This document shows, in pieces, positions 33,339 to 41,653 of a DNA stretch of 64,000 nt. Positions within the stretch are counted from its first letter, which is position 1, and every line of letters begins with the position of its first letter. Below the pieces are notes generated by a model that saw only the letters and a program-made list of their open reading frames with translations, did not search any database and was not told the DNA's origin. The stretch covers positions 4,998-68,997 of the forward strand of contig DATCLR010000120.1 of the NCBI GenBank assembly GCA_036563785.1, read 5' to 3'. The DNA is from Burkholderiales bacterium. Lineage in GTDB: Bacteria > Pseudomonadota > Gammaproteobacteria > Acidiferrobacterales > Sulfurifustaceae. The position numbers and the translations under genes are program-made.

Positions 33339-33983
33339 ATGGAACCGGGTAGTGCGCGCAGACTCTCGATCTTCACGCTATTCGCCGCCGCGGCCTTGGC
33401 CGCGGTAGCGCTCAACGCCGCCGCCGATCCGCCCGGCGGATGGGGTTACGGCCACGGGCCGGGCTACGGCATGGCGGCGGGCCCGTTCGGCTACGGCATG
33501 GGCCCCGGAATGACGGGAGGGATGGCTTACGCCGGGATGATGGGGGCTCACGGCACGATGGGGTACGGGCCGGGGCTCATGGGCTTCGGGCACGGCCTCG
33601 GGATGATGGGCGACTTCGGGCCGCTCGCCGCGCTCGACCTCAACGAGGAGCAGCGGCGGACAATCCGCGAAATTCGCAGGGAGCTGCGCCGTCTGCAGTG
33701 GGAGCTCGCCGGCAAGATGCTCGATGAGCACGCACAGCTCGAGGAAGTCTACGCCGAAGAGAAGCCGGATCCGAAAAGAGCCGGAGAGATCTACGCCCGC
33801 ATCGCGAAGCTGCAGCAGCAGAGCCTCGAAGCGCAGTTGAGCGCACGCAACCGCCTGCACGATGTGCTCACCGCCGAGCAGCGCGAGCGGCTCGAGCAGT
33901 GGCGGCGCGGCGGATTCGGACCCGGCGCTTACGGCCGTTACGGGCCGGGACCGATGCCCGGTCCGGGGATGATGCGACGGTAG
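33339..33983 (+). CDS. Periplasmic Spy/CpxP/ZraP-family (LTXXQ) protein with Gly/Met/His-rich repeats
   Basis: Signal peptide ending LNAAA-D. About 60 aa of GYG/GMG repeats. LNEEQRRTIREI and LTAEQRERLEQW LTXXQ-type helices. GAGGAG SD 5 nt before the ATG. Confidence 0.7.
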   Translation: MEPGSARRLSIFTLFAAAALAAVALNAAADPPGGWGYGHGPGYGMAAGPFGYGMGPGMTGGMAYAGMMGAHGTMGYGPGLMGFGHGLGMMGDFGPLAALDLNEEQRRTIREIRRELRRLQWELAGKMLDEHAQLEEVYAEEKPDPKRAGEIYARIAKLQQQSLEAQLSARNRLHDVLTAEQRERLEQWRRGGFGPGAYGRYGPGPMPGPGMMRR

Positions 33984-34048
33984 CGCGGGTTGCGGCGGCG
34001 CGGGCCGCGGCGCTTCAGTCGAAGGGCCGCGGGCGGCCGCGCCGATCG

Positions 34049-34432
34049 CTACGGGAAGATGCGGCGGGCGAGCGCCGCGGCGCGACCGTTCGCGGCGGAC
34101 GCGCCGACCGGCGCGGCGGCCTCCGGGCGCTCCTCGCCGTACAGATAGCTGCGAAGGCGCTCCGTGGTCGCCTCGGGCACGTTGCAGAACATCATCCCGA
34201 CGGCGTCCGGCGTGCTGCGCACGACGAGAGCGGGCAGGGTGAGCGTTTCGGCGGGGCTCAGCGAGAGCTCCAGCCTCACCAGCGTGTTCACCGGAATGCG
34301 GGAACCCACCGGCTCGACGCAGATGCCGCTCAGACTGAGATCGCGCGCTCGCGTGGCGAAGACGCCGTGCTGGGGAGAACGCAGGAGGACAGGACGCTGA
34401 CAGGGCTTTCGCACACTCCAGCGGTGTTCCAT
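34049..34432 (-). CDS. PilZ-domain protein
   Basis: MEHRWSVRKPCQRPV... with DLSLSGI (DxSxxG); the RxxxR half is imperfect. GGAGG SD before the ATG at 34432. Confidence 0.55.
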   Translation of the reverse strand: MEHRWSVRKPCQRPVLLRSPQHGVFATRARDLSLSGICVEPVGSRIPVNTLVRLELSLSPAETLTLPALVVRSTPDAVGMMFCNVPEATTERLRSYLYGEERPEAAAPVGASAANGRAAALARRIFP

Positions 34433-34686
34433 TGTTTTACCTCCGGTGTTGTTGCATATCTCCTCGCGGGCGGCATCAAAGCGGAACATATCTGGTGTCG
34501 TCCGCGCATTTTTTCAACTCGCCGGCGCGGGGCCGAATGGCGCGCCGGCTCAGCCGCTTCCGGATGGCCACCGTCGGTAGGCGCCCCGAATCGCTGCGTT
34601 TCGTGCGCGGCGCGTGCCAGGCGTGTCCTTCCTGCCGGGTTCGACTGGATATGCTCGCAGTCTATCGGCACGCCGCCCGGCGCCAT

Positions 34687-34700
34687 TTGATACAGGTCAA
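34687..34700. promoter_or_regulatory. FNR/Anr-type box TTGAT-ACAG-GTCAA
   Basis: One mismatch to consensus. Lies in a 378-nt non-coding gap, about 261 nt upstream of the PilZ ORF. Confidence 0.4.
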
Positions 34701-34753
34701 AGGCGCGGCGATCGGCGCTCGAAGAAGCTCGGGAGGGAACGAGAACGGGGCGT

Positions 34754-34778
34754 GCGCGGCGCAAAACGTGCGCCGCGC
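34754..34778 (-). terminator. Perfect 10-bp GC hairpin downstream of the DUF2934 ORF
   Basis: GCGCGGCGCA-aaacg-TGCGCCGCGC, about 35 nt after the stop at 34811. No U-tract, so intrinsic-terminator status is uncertain. Confidence 0.25.
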
Positions 34779-34810
34779 GAGCCGGACGATGGGCCCGGCT
34801 CGCGAGGAAA

Positions 34811-35086
34811 TCAGTGCGGCGTCGACTTGCGAGTGGTCGTGCGTCGCGTCGCGCGAGCGCTCGCTGTCGGCTCTGCCGTGAGCACCGGATGATTGTCGAC
34901 GAGCGTCGCGGCGATTTCGCGCTCGGCCGCGAACCAGTCCTCCTCGGGGCTGCCGCCTTGAAAGCCGCGGCTCAGCGCGCGGAAGTACGCGGCCTCGGCG
35001 ATCATGCGGTGACGTTCCTCGGCGGTGACGACAGGCGCCGGGGTCGGCTGCCTGCTGCTGCGGGTCTTGGCCTTCTGTTTCGACAC
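34811..35086 (-). CDS. DUF2934-type small protein
   Basis: GTG at 35086 preceded by AGGAG. Core motif EERHRMIAEAAYFRALSRGFQGGSPEEDWFAAEREI. A paralogous motif occurs at 58255... Confidence 0.6.
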   Translation of the reverse strand: MSKQKAKTRSSRQPTPAPVVTAEERHRMIAEAAYFRALSRGFQGGSPEEDWFAAEREIAATLVDNHPVLTAEPTASARATRRTTTRKSTPH

Positions 35087-35243
35087 GATGGGCTCCTGTG
35101 GTGGTGGTGCGTGCGCGGCGTCGGCACGGTCGCGCCGCGCGACAAGGATGCGGCGAGTATTCTTCGGCGATTTCGTCGTGCAGGCAAACCGGTGCGGATG
35201 AACGCGCACGGCCGCACGATGAGTGCATTCGGCGCGAGCGCGG

Positions 35244-36848
35244 CTATGCCGCATGGGTTGCGAGGCGCGCGCACACGCGGCGCCATTCGGTATGGGCCGC
35301 CGCGCTGTCCGGCGGCAGCGCCGCGTTGAAGCGCTCCACCCGATCGAGCTCGTCCGGGGCGAGCGGCTCGTGCGTCGCGAGCTGGTGCTCGAGCACGGCA
35401 ACGTCGGCTTCGGAAGCATCGCGGGCGCTGCGCGCACGTGCGGCGAGCCGCGCGCGCAGCGTCGCTTCGTCGACGGCGAAATCGACGATGACGAACGGAA
35501 CGCCGCGCGCCGCGGCCAGGCGGCGGAACGCGTCGCGCGGCGCACGCTGCAGGAAAGTCGCGTCGACGACGGCGCTGTAGCCGGCGGCGAGCACGTGCCC
35601 GGCGAGCTCGAGCAGGCGGGCATAGGTGCGTGCCGTCGCGTCGGCGGCGTAAACGCCTTCGGAGATTCCGGAGCCCGTGCGCGCCAGCGCGGGCAGCCCG
35701 TGCAGCCGCTTGCGTTCGACGTCGGAGCGCAGCCGCACCGCGTCGATGGCTTCGATCAGCGCCTGCGTGTGGGTCGTCTTGCCGCTGCCGGAGAATCCGT
35801 GCGTCACGACGAGCGCCGGCCGGCGCGGCTCGGTTTCGCGCCGGGCGAGAGCGAGGTAAGCGCGGTACTGCGCAACGAGGCGTGCGCGGGCGGCGTCGTC
35901 CACGCCGGGCTGGTGCGCGCGCAGCCAGTGAACCTTGGCCCGCACGAGCGCACGGTAAACGACATAGAAGGGCAGGAGCGCGAGACCCGGATAATCGCCC
36001 GTGTGCTCGAGGTAGCGGTTGAGGAAGCGCCGGGCGAAATCCGGCCGCCTCCGATCTTGCAGGTCCATGACCGTGAAGGCGATCTCGTTGATGACGTCGA
36101 TCCAGCGAAGGTCGGCGCTGAACTCGAGCGCGTCGAAGATCGTCACGCGATCGTCGATCAGCGCGACGTTGCCGAGATGCAGATCGCCGTGGCATTCGCG
36201 CACGCAGCCCGCGCGCTTGCGACGGCGGAACTCCGGGTCGAGCGCGTCGAGCTGCGCCGTAGTCCAGCGCTCGAGGGCGGCGAGCGCCGACATGTCGGGC
36301 GCCGCTCCTGCGGCGCGGATCTGCGCGAAGTTGTCCCGCGCCGGGGTCGCAATGGCGGCCGGGGTGCCGTACCCGTCGGCCGGGCTCGCGACGGCCGCGC
36401 GCGCGTGGAATTCGGCGACCTCATCGGCGAGCGCGTCGATGTGCGCGCCGGTCAGCCGCCCCTCGGCGATCAGTCGGCTGAGGAGCTGCTCCTGCGGGAA
36501 GCGGCGCATCTTGACGGCGTACTCCATGACGGGACCGGCGCCGCCCAGCACCGGCCGGTCGGGCGAGCCGGTAACGGGCACCACGTCGAGATAGAGATCG
36601 CGGGCGAGGCGCCGGTTCAGCCGCAGCTCCTCCTCGCAGTAGTGCTTGCGTGCCGAGAGCGTGCGGAAATCGAGGAAGCCGAGGTCGACGGCTTTCTTGA
36701 TCTTGTACGCGTAGTCGCCGGCAAGGAGGACGTAGGAGATGTGCGTTTCGAGGCGTTCGACGCGCTCCACCGGATGCGGATAGCGGCGCGGATCCTGCAG
36801 CGCTGCAATCAATGTCTCCTGTTCGACGATTGCTCCGGTGTGCGTCAT
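35244..36848 (-). CDS. Bifunctional aminoglycoside-phosphotransferase-like kinase / P-loop ATP-binding protein
   Basis: 534 aa. N-terminal APH/protein-kinase-like fold (ETHISYVLLAGDYAYKIKK, HGDLHLGN) and a C-terminal P-loop domain (THGFSGSGKTT). Confidence 0.8.
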   Translation of the reverse strand: MTHTGAIVEQETLIAALQDPRRYPHPVERVERLETHISYVLLAGDYAYKIKKAVDLGFLDFRTLSARKHYCEEELRLNRRLARDLYLDVVPVTGSPDRPVLGGAGPVMEYAVKMRRFPQEQLLSRLIAEGRLTGAHIDALADEVAEFHARAAVASPADGYGTPAAIATPARDNFAQIRAAGAAPDMSALAALERWTTAQLDALDPEFRRRKRAGCVRECHGDLHLGNVALIDDRVTIFDALEFSADLRWIDVINEIAFTVMDLQDRRRPDFARRFLNRYLEHTGDYPGLALLPFYVVYRALVRAKVHWLRAHQPGVDDAARARLVAQYRAYLALARRETEPRRPALVVTHGFSGSGKTTHTQALIEAIDAVRLRSDVERKRLHGLPALARTGSGISEGVYAADATARTYARLLELAGHVLAAGYSAVVDATFLQRAPRDAFRRLAAARGVPFVIVDFAVDEATLRARLAARARSARDASEADVAVLEHQLATHEPLAPDELDRVERFNAALPPDSAAAHTEWRRVCARLATHAA

Positions 36849-36989
36849 GCCGGCTCCGCATATCGGGTGCCCGGTCGCCGCCGCAAGGGGTTCGCGGCTC
36901 CCGCGCAGAATCCCGCGGCGCCGCTGTGGGAAGTCGTGTCGGAAGGCGTCGCCACGACGTACAGCCTACTGCATGGAGGGCCGGGAGCG

Positions 36990-37003
36990 TTGATCGAAAT
37001 CAA
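36990..37003. promoter_or_regulatory. Perfect FNR/Anr box TTGAT-CGAA-ATCAA
   Basis: Exact consensus palindrome. Centre about 148 nt upstream of the kinase ATG at 36848, in the 274-nt gap downstream of capA. Confidence 0.65.
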
Positions 37004-37122
37004 ACTATCCCCGGCGCGGATGGAAGCGCGCCGCGGCACCGGATTGCCGTGATTCGGGAAACGGCACTCGGGGCAAGGGCCTGCGCTCGACGCGAGGGCG
37101 CGGTGTTGCACGCCGGCCCGTC

Positions 37123-38250
37123 CTAGCGCCAGTCGAGCTCGACCAGCCCATCGGCGGCGAAGCGCGCCGAAGTGCCCAGTGCACGGCCTTCGTGCACGAG
37201 CACGGCGCGCAGCCATTCGGCGTCGCGTGAACGTGCACGGTTTACGCGCAGACGCCGCACCTGTATCGGCGCGAGCCGCAGGCGCAGCAGCCGTCCGCTC
37301 GCGGCGTCGAGCGTCGGGAAGTACATGAACGAGAGATCGCCGCGATATGCCTCGTATCCGCGAATGCCTTCGTAGTCGGTGAGGAAATCGCCGCAGCCGT
37401 AGAGAATCAGCCGATCGCGATATACCTCGATCCCCTTGACGTGGTGCGACGAGTGCCCGTGGATGAGATCGATTCTTGCGGTGTCGATGAGGCCATGAGC
37501 GAACGCGCGCTCGTCGGGAGTGATCCCGTAGCCCCAGTTGGCACCCCAGTGCACTGACGCGATTGCGACGTCCCCGCGGCGCTTATGGCGTTGCACCGCT
37601 TCCGCGATGGTCTGAACGCTTCGCGCGGAGAGGTCGTGCAGGAGGCGGATGCCGGCGCGGTTGCGCCCGGCGGCCCACGCGGCGGGCACGCCGCTGCTTG
37701 CGTGAGCGAAGGCGAAGACGAGGACGCGCCAGGATCCGGCCGGCAGCACGGCGGGAGCCGCGGCTTCGGCCGCATCGCGGCCGGCGCCGGCCGTACGGAT
37801 GCCGGCGGCGTGCAGAACGGAGAGGGTGTCGCACAGGCCTTCGTGGCCCCAGTCGAGCACGTGATTGTTCGCGAGCGCACAGCAGTCGATGCCGCCGACG
37901 ACCAGGCAGCCGACGTTGTCGGGGTGCATGCGATAGTGGATGCCCTTGCTCGGCCACGCGGCTTCCGACACCGTGACGGCGGTTTCGAGGTTGACCACGC
38001 GCGCATGCGGGCGCAGCCGCCCGAGCGCGTCGAGCGCCTCTCCCCAGACGTAGCGGTCGTCGACGCGGCGCGGCAGCTGGCCGACCGCGGCCTCGGCGAG
38101 GTGAACGTATTCGCGCGCATCGCGCGCCGCGGGCTCGTAGAGGTGCGGCGCGCTCGGATGGCGCAGGATCTGGTCGACGCCGCGGCCGGTCATCACGTCG
38201 CCGCAAAGGAACAGCGTCAGCTCCGGATCGGATCGCGTCTCGGACGGCAT
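37123..38250 (-). CDS. CapA-family (PGA_cap metallophosphatase-fold) protein
   Basis: ATG at 38250 with GGAGG SD. LFLCGDVMTGRGVD, ANNHVLDWG and IHGHSSHH motifs. The upstream part of listed ORF 37123..38994 is discarded. Confidence 0.85.
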   Translation of the reverse strand: MPSETRSDPELTLFLCGDVMTGRGVDQILRHPSAPHLYEPAARDAREYVHLAEAAVGQLPRRVDDRYVWGEALDALGRLRPHARVVNLETAVTVSEAAWPSKGIHYRMHPDNVGCLVVGGIDCCALANNHVLDWGHEGLCDTLSVLHAAGIRTAGAGRDAAEAAAPAVLPAGSWRVLVFAFAHASSGVPAAWAAGRNRAGIRLLHDLSARSVQTIAEAVQRHKRRGDVAIASVHWGANWGYGITPDERAFAHGLIDTARIDLIHGHSSHHVKGIEVYRDRLILYGCGDFLTDYEGIRGYEAYRGDLSFMYFPTLDAASGRLLRLRLAPIQVRRLRVNRARSRDAEWLRAVLVHEGRALGTSARFAADGLVELDWR

Positions 38251-38270
38251 CGTCACCTCCGTGCTCGGTG

Positions 38271-38289
38271 GGCGAACGCGGCGTTCGCC
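38271..38289. promoter_or_regulatory. Perfect 9-1-9 palindrome GGCGAACGC-g-GCGTTCGCC in the capA / acidic-ORF divergent region
   Basis: Read directly from the sequence, 21-39 nt upstream of the capA ATG. Candidate operator or leader hairpin. Confidence 0.35.
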
Positions 38290-38352
38290 TAAACGTTCGA
38301 CGGCGCGGCCGATCAAAGATTGAAGCACACGACGCAAAGGAGCGCAGAGGCC

Positions 38353-38757
38353 ATGGCGATCGAAGAGCGGCCGATCGTGAATCAGTGGTACCGGCACCTC
38401 GACAAGGGCTACCGCTTCCAGGTAACCGCTGTCGATGAGAAGGCGGGCGCCGTCGAGATCCGGCATTTCGGCGGCGACACCGACGAGCTCGATCTCGACC
38501 AGTGGCCCGATCTCGACATCGAGCCCACCGAGCCGCCTGAGGATTGGCCCGAGCCGATGGACGAGACCGAACGCGAAGAACTCGGCTACGGAGAGGTGGA
38601 CATGAGGCCCGAGAGCTGGGGCGAGTCGCTCGTCGAGGAAGCGGAGCACCCTTACGAAGGAGGCGAGGAGGAAGAAGAGGGGGAGGAAGTGGGCCCGGCC
38701 TGGCTGGAACCCGAGGAAGGCGGAACGCCCGAAGAGGAAGAAGAGGAAGAGGAGTAA
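38353..38757 (+). CDS. Highly acidic hypothetical protein with poly-Glu C-terminus
   Basis: MAIEERPIVNQWYRHLDKGYRFQVTAVDE... ending GGEEEEEGEE...TPEEEEEEEE. AAGGAG 10 nt before the ATG at 38353. Confidence 0.5.
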   Translation: MAIEERPIVNQWYRHLDKGYRFQVTAVDEKAGAVEIRHFGGDTDELDLDQWPDLDIEPTEPPEDWPEPMDETEREELGYGEVDMRPESWGESLVEEAEHPYEGGEEEEEGEEVGPAWLEPEEGGTPEEEEEEEE

Positions 38758-39077
38758 GCGCACGGCCCGACGGCGAGGCCGGCGGCGATGGTGTTCCTCT
38801 GGGTGCTCGCCGTCTTCGCATCCGCGGCGAACGGAATGGAGCGCGGTCACTCTCGGCGCGGCCGCCTTCGGCCAGGAGACGCCGGCGCTGCTCGCGCGCG
38901 GCGGCGCTGCGTGCGCACGGAGACTGGGCACGCCGCCCGTACGTCTTCTTGCAGGCGACGGCGCCCGGGCTCGATACTCTCGTCGTCGGCGCATTCGACG
39001 ACGAGGCGGTGCACGGGACGGCGCGGCTGCCGCGCGATCGAGCGGCGCTGTACCTCATGCCCGCCGGGCACCGTCGT

Positions 39078-39091
39078 TTGACTTGCATCAA
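39078..39091. promoter_or_regulatory. FNR/Anr-type box TTGAC-TTGC-ATCAA
   Basis: One mismatch to consensus. Centre about 145 nt upstream of the Lon-like protease ATG, inside a 472-nt non-coding gap. Confidence 0.55.
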
Positions 39092-39229
39092 GACGGCGCA
39101 ATGCGGTTGCTCTAGCGTTGCGCCGGTGGGACATCCCGGGGAGAGACACGCGTTATGAGGGCTACTGTCGGCATCATCGCGGCGGCTGCGCGCGGGCGCG
39201 CGGCCCGCGCGGGCTAGGGCGGATCGCGC

Positions 39230-41653
39230 ATGGACGGAACGCCGCAGACACCGAGCGCTCTGCCGCCCGAAGCGCTGTACCGGCGTGTCGAGACCGCCGC
39301 TTGGGCGTTTCGAACCACCGACGATCTCGAGGACCTGGCCGAAGTGATCGGCCAGGCGCGCGCCACCGAAGCGATTCGCTTCGGCGTCGGCATGGACGGC
39401 GACGGCTACAACCTGTACGTGCTGTCGCCGCCGGGCACCGGCGGCCACGCCGTCGTGCGCGAGCTGCTGCAGGAGCGCGCGCGGCACGAGCCGGTGCCGA
39501 GCGACTGGTGCTACGTCAACAACTTCGAGCACCCGCACCGCCCGCGCGTGCTGCGTCTGCCTGCCGGTCTGGGGACGAAGCTGCGCGACGACATGCGGGA
39601 GCTCATCACGGACCTCGAGGGCGCGATTCGGGCGGCGTTCGAGAGCGACGAGTACCGCGCCCGCCGGCACGAGCTCGAGCAGAGCATGAAGGAGCGCCAC
39701 GAGCAGGCGTTCGGGGAGCTCGGGCGCCGCGCCGCGGAGCAGAGCATCATCCTCATGCGCACGCCGACCGGCATGGCGTTCGCGCCGACGCGCGACGGCG
39801 AGGTCATGACGCCGGGCGAGTTCGAGAAACTTCCGGCGGAGGAGCAGCAGCGCATCACCGACGCGATCGGAGGGCTGCAGGAGGAGCTGCGGCGCATCCT
39901 GGAGCAGATTCCGCAGTGGCAGCGCGAAGCGCAGCAGCGGATCCGTGCGCTCGACCGCGAGGTGGTGCACGCGGCGGTCCGGCACCAGATCGCCGCGATC
40001 AAGCAGAAGTACAGCGCGCTGCCCGCGGTGCTCGAGTACCTCGACGCGGTCGAAGCTTCCGTGATCGAGCACGCCGACGACTTCCGCGTGGAGGACGGCG
40101 CCGAGTGGCGGCCATTCGGCTTCGTGGCGTCGGCGCGCGAAGCGCTGCGGCGGCGCTACGGCGTAAACGTGCTGATCGACAACGGGAGCACCGAGGGTGC
40201 GCCCATCGTTTACGCAGACAATCCGACGTATCCCGAGCTGATCGGCCGCATCGAGCACCTGGCGCAGATGGGTGCGCTGGTCACCGACTTCATGCTGATC
40301 AAGCCGGGCGCGCTGCATCGCGCCAACGGCGGCTATCTGGTGATCGATGCGCGGCGCGTGCTGATGCAGCCGTACGCGTGGGAAGGGCTCAAGCGCTGCC
40401 TCGCCTCGAACGAGATCCGCGTCGAGTCGCTCGGGCAGATGCTGTCGCTCATCAGCACCGTGTCGCTCGAGCCCGAGCCCATACCGCTCGACGTCAAGGT
40501 GGTCCTCGTCGGGGAGCGCCTCCTCTATTACCTGCTCTACAACCTCGATCCCGACTTCCGCGAGCTGTTCAAGGTGGCTGCGGATTTCGAAGAGGACATG
40601 GACCGCAGCCCCGAGACGCAGCGGCTCTACGCGCGGCTCGTCGCGACGCTGGTGCGGCGCCATCGACTGCGGCCGTTCGATCGCGACGCCGTGGCGCGCG
40701 TGCTCGAGCACGGCGCGCGGCTCGCGGGCGACGCCGAGAAGCTTTCGATCCGCACCCAGGAAATCGCCGACCTGCTGCGCGAGGCGGACTACTGGGCGCG
40801 CGAGGAGGGCTGCGACACCGTGGCGCGCGGGCACGTGCAGCGGGCGATCGCGGCGCGCCTGCGCCGCAGCGACCGCGTGCGCACGCGGATACAGGAAGAG
40901 ATCCGGCGCGGCACGCTGCTCATCGACACCGCGGGGCGCCGGCTCGGCCAGGTGAACGGCTTGTCCGTGGTGCGGCTGGGGGACGCCGAGTTCGGCTACC
41001 CGACGCGCATCAGCGCGCGCGTGCGCCTCGGCAAGGGCGAGGTCATCGACATCCAGCGCGAGGTGGACCTCGGCGGACCGATTCACTCGAAAGGGGTCCT
41101 GATCCTCGCCGGATTCTTCGGTGCGCGCTATCTGCCCGACCGGCCGCTCGCGCTCGCGGCCACGCTCGTGTTCGAGCAGACCTACGGTCCCGTCGACGGC
41201 GATTCGGCCTCCTGCGCCGAGCTGTGCGCCCTGGTGTCGGCGCTCGCCGACGTTCCCCTGCGCCAGGATCTCGCGATCACCGGTTCGGTGAACCAGTACG
41301 GCGAGGTGCAGGCGATCGGCGGCGTGAACGAGAAGATCGAGGGCTTCTTCGACACCTGCAACGCGCGCGGGCTGACGGGCGAACAGGGAGTCATCATTCC
41401 CGCGGCCAACGTGAAGCACCTCATGTTGCGCGAGGACGTGGTCGCCGCCTGCAGCGAGGGCCGCTTTGCGGTCTATCCGGTGACGAACGTCGACGAGGCC
41501 TTCGAGCTCCTGACCGGTCTGCCGGCCGGGACGCGCGGCGACGACGGCCAGTTCCCCGCGGACAGCGTGAACGGCCGCGTCGAGGAGAAGCTCCGGCGGC
41601 TCGCGGAGCAGGCGCACGAATTCGCGCGCGGCGAGGAGCGGGCGCGGTCGTGA
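39230..41653 (+). CDS. LonC-like (Lon-family, AAA_32-type) protease
   Basis: 807 aa. N-terminal AAA-like region with a non-canonical P-loop (LSPPGTGGHAV, no GK[ST]). Long helical insertion. C-terminal Lon protease domain with Ser-Lys dyad context (VDGDSASCAE; GGVNEKIEGF). Confidence 0.85.
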   Translation: MDGTPQTPSALPPEALYRRVETAAWAFRTTDDLEDLAEVIGQARATEAIRFGVGMDGDGYNLYVLSPPGTGGHAVVRELLQERARHEPVPSDWCYVNNFEHPHRPRVLRLPAGLGTKLRDDMRELITDLEGAIRAAFESDEYRARRHELEQSMKERHEQAFGELGRRAAEQSIILMRTPTGMAFAPTRDGEVMTPGEFEKLPAEEQQRITDAIGGLQEELRRILEQIPQWQREAQQRIRALDREVVHAAVRHQIAAIKQKYSALPAVLEYLDAVEASVIEHADDFRVEDGAEWRPFGFVASAREALRRRYGVNVLIDNGSTEGAPIVYADNPTYPELIGRIEHLAQMGALVTDFMLIKPGALHRANGGYLVIDARRVLMQPYAWEGLKRCLASNEIRVESLGQMLSLISTVSLEPEPIPLDVKVVLVGERLLYYLLYNLDPDFRELFKVAADFEEDMDRSPETQRLYARLVATLVRRHRLRPFDRDAVARVLEHGARLAGDAEKLSIRTQEIADLLREADYWAREEGCDTVARGHVQRAIAARLRRSDRVRTRIQEEIRRGTLLIDTAGRRLGQVNGLSVVRLGDAEFGYPTRISARVRLGKGEVIDIQREVDLGGPIHSKGVLILAGFFGARYLPDRPLALAATLVFEQTYGPVDGDSASCAELCALVSALADVPLRQDLAITGSVNQYGEVQAIGGVNEKIEGFFDTCNARGLTGEQGVIIPAANVKHLMLREDVVAACSEGRFAVYPVTNVDEAFELLTGLPAGTRGDDGQFPADSVNGRVEEKLRRLAEQAHEFARGEERARS

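Noticed and set aside
37123-38250. Poly-gamma-glutamate capsule operon
   Set aside because: Only the CapA-like gene is present. There is no CapB (Mur-ligase-like) or CapC/CapE, and the protein lacks an obvious membrane anchor at the supported start.
38305-38325. ATCAA-aga-TTGAA near the capA/acidic-ORF promoter as an FNR site
   Set aside because: The half-sites are in the wrong (everted) orientation and spacing for TTGAT-N4-ATCAA.
38544-39158. 204-aa plus-strand ORF bridging the acidic ORF and the lon upstream region as a real gene
   Set aside because: It overlaps the acidic ORF in another frame and is mostly Arg/Gly-rich. Only a short internal stretch looks protein-like, and that is reported as a possible remnant.
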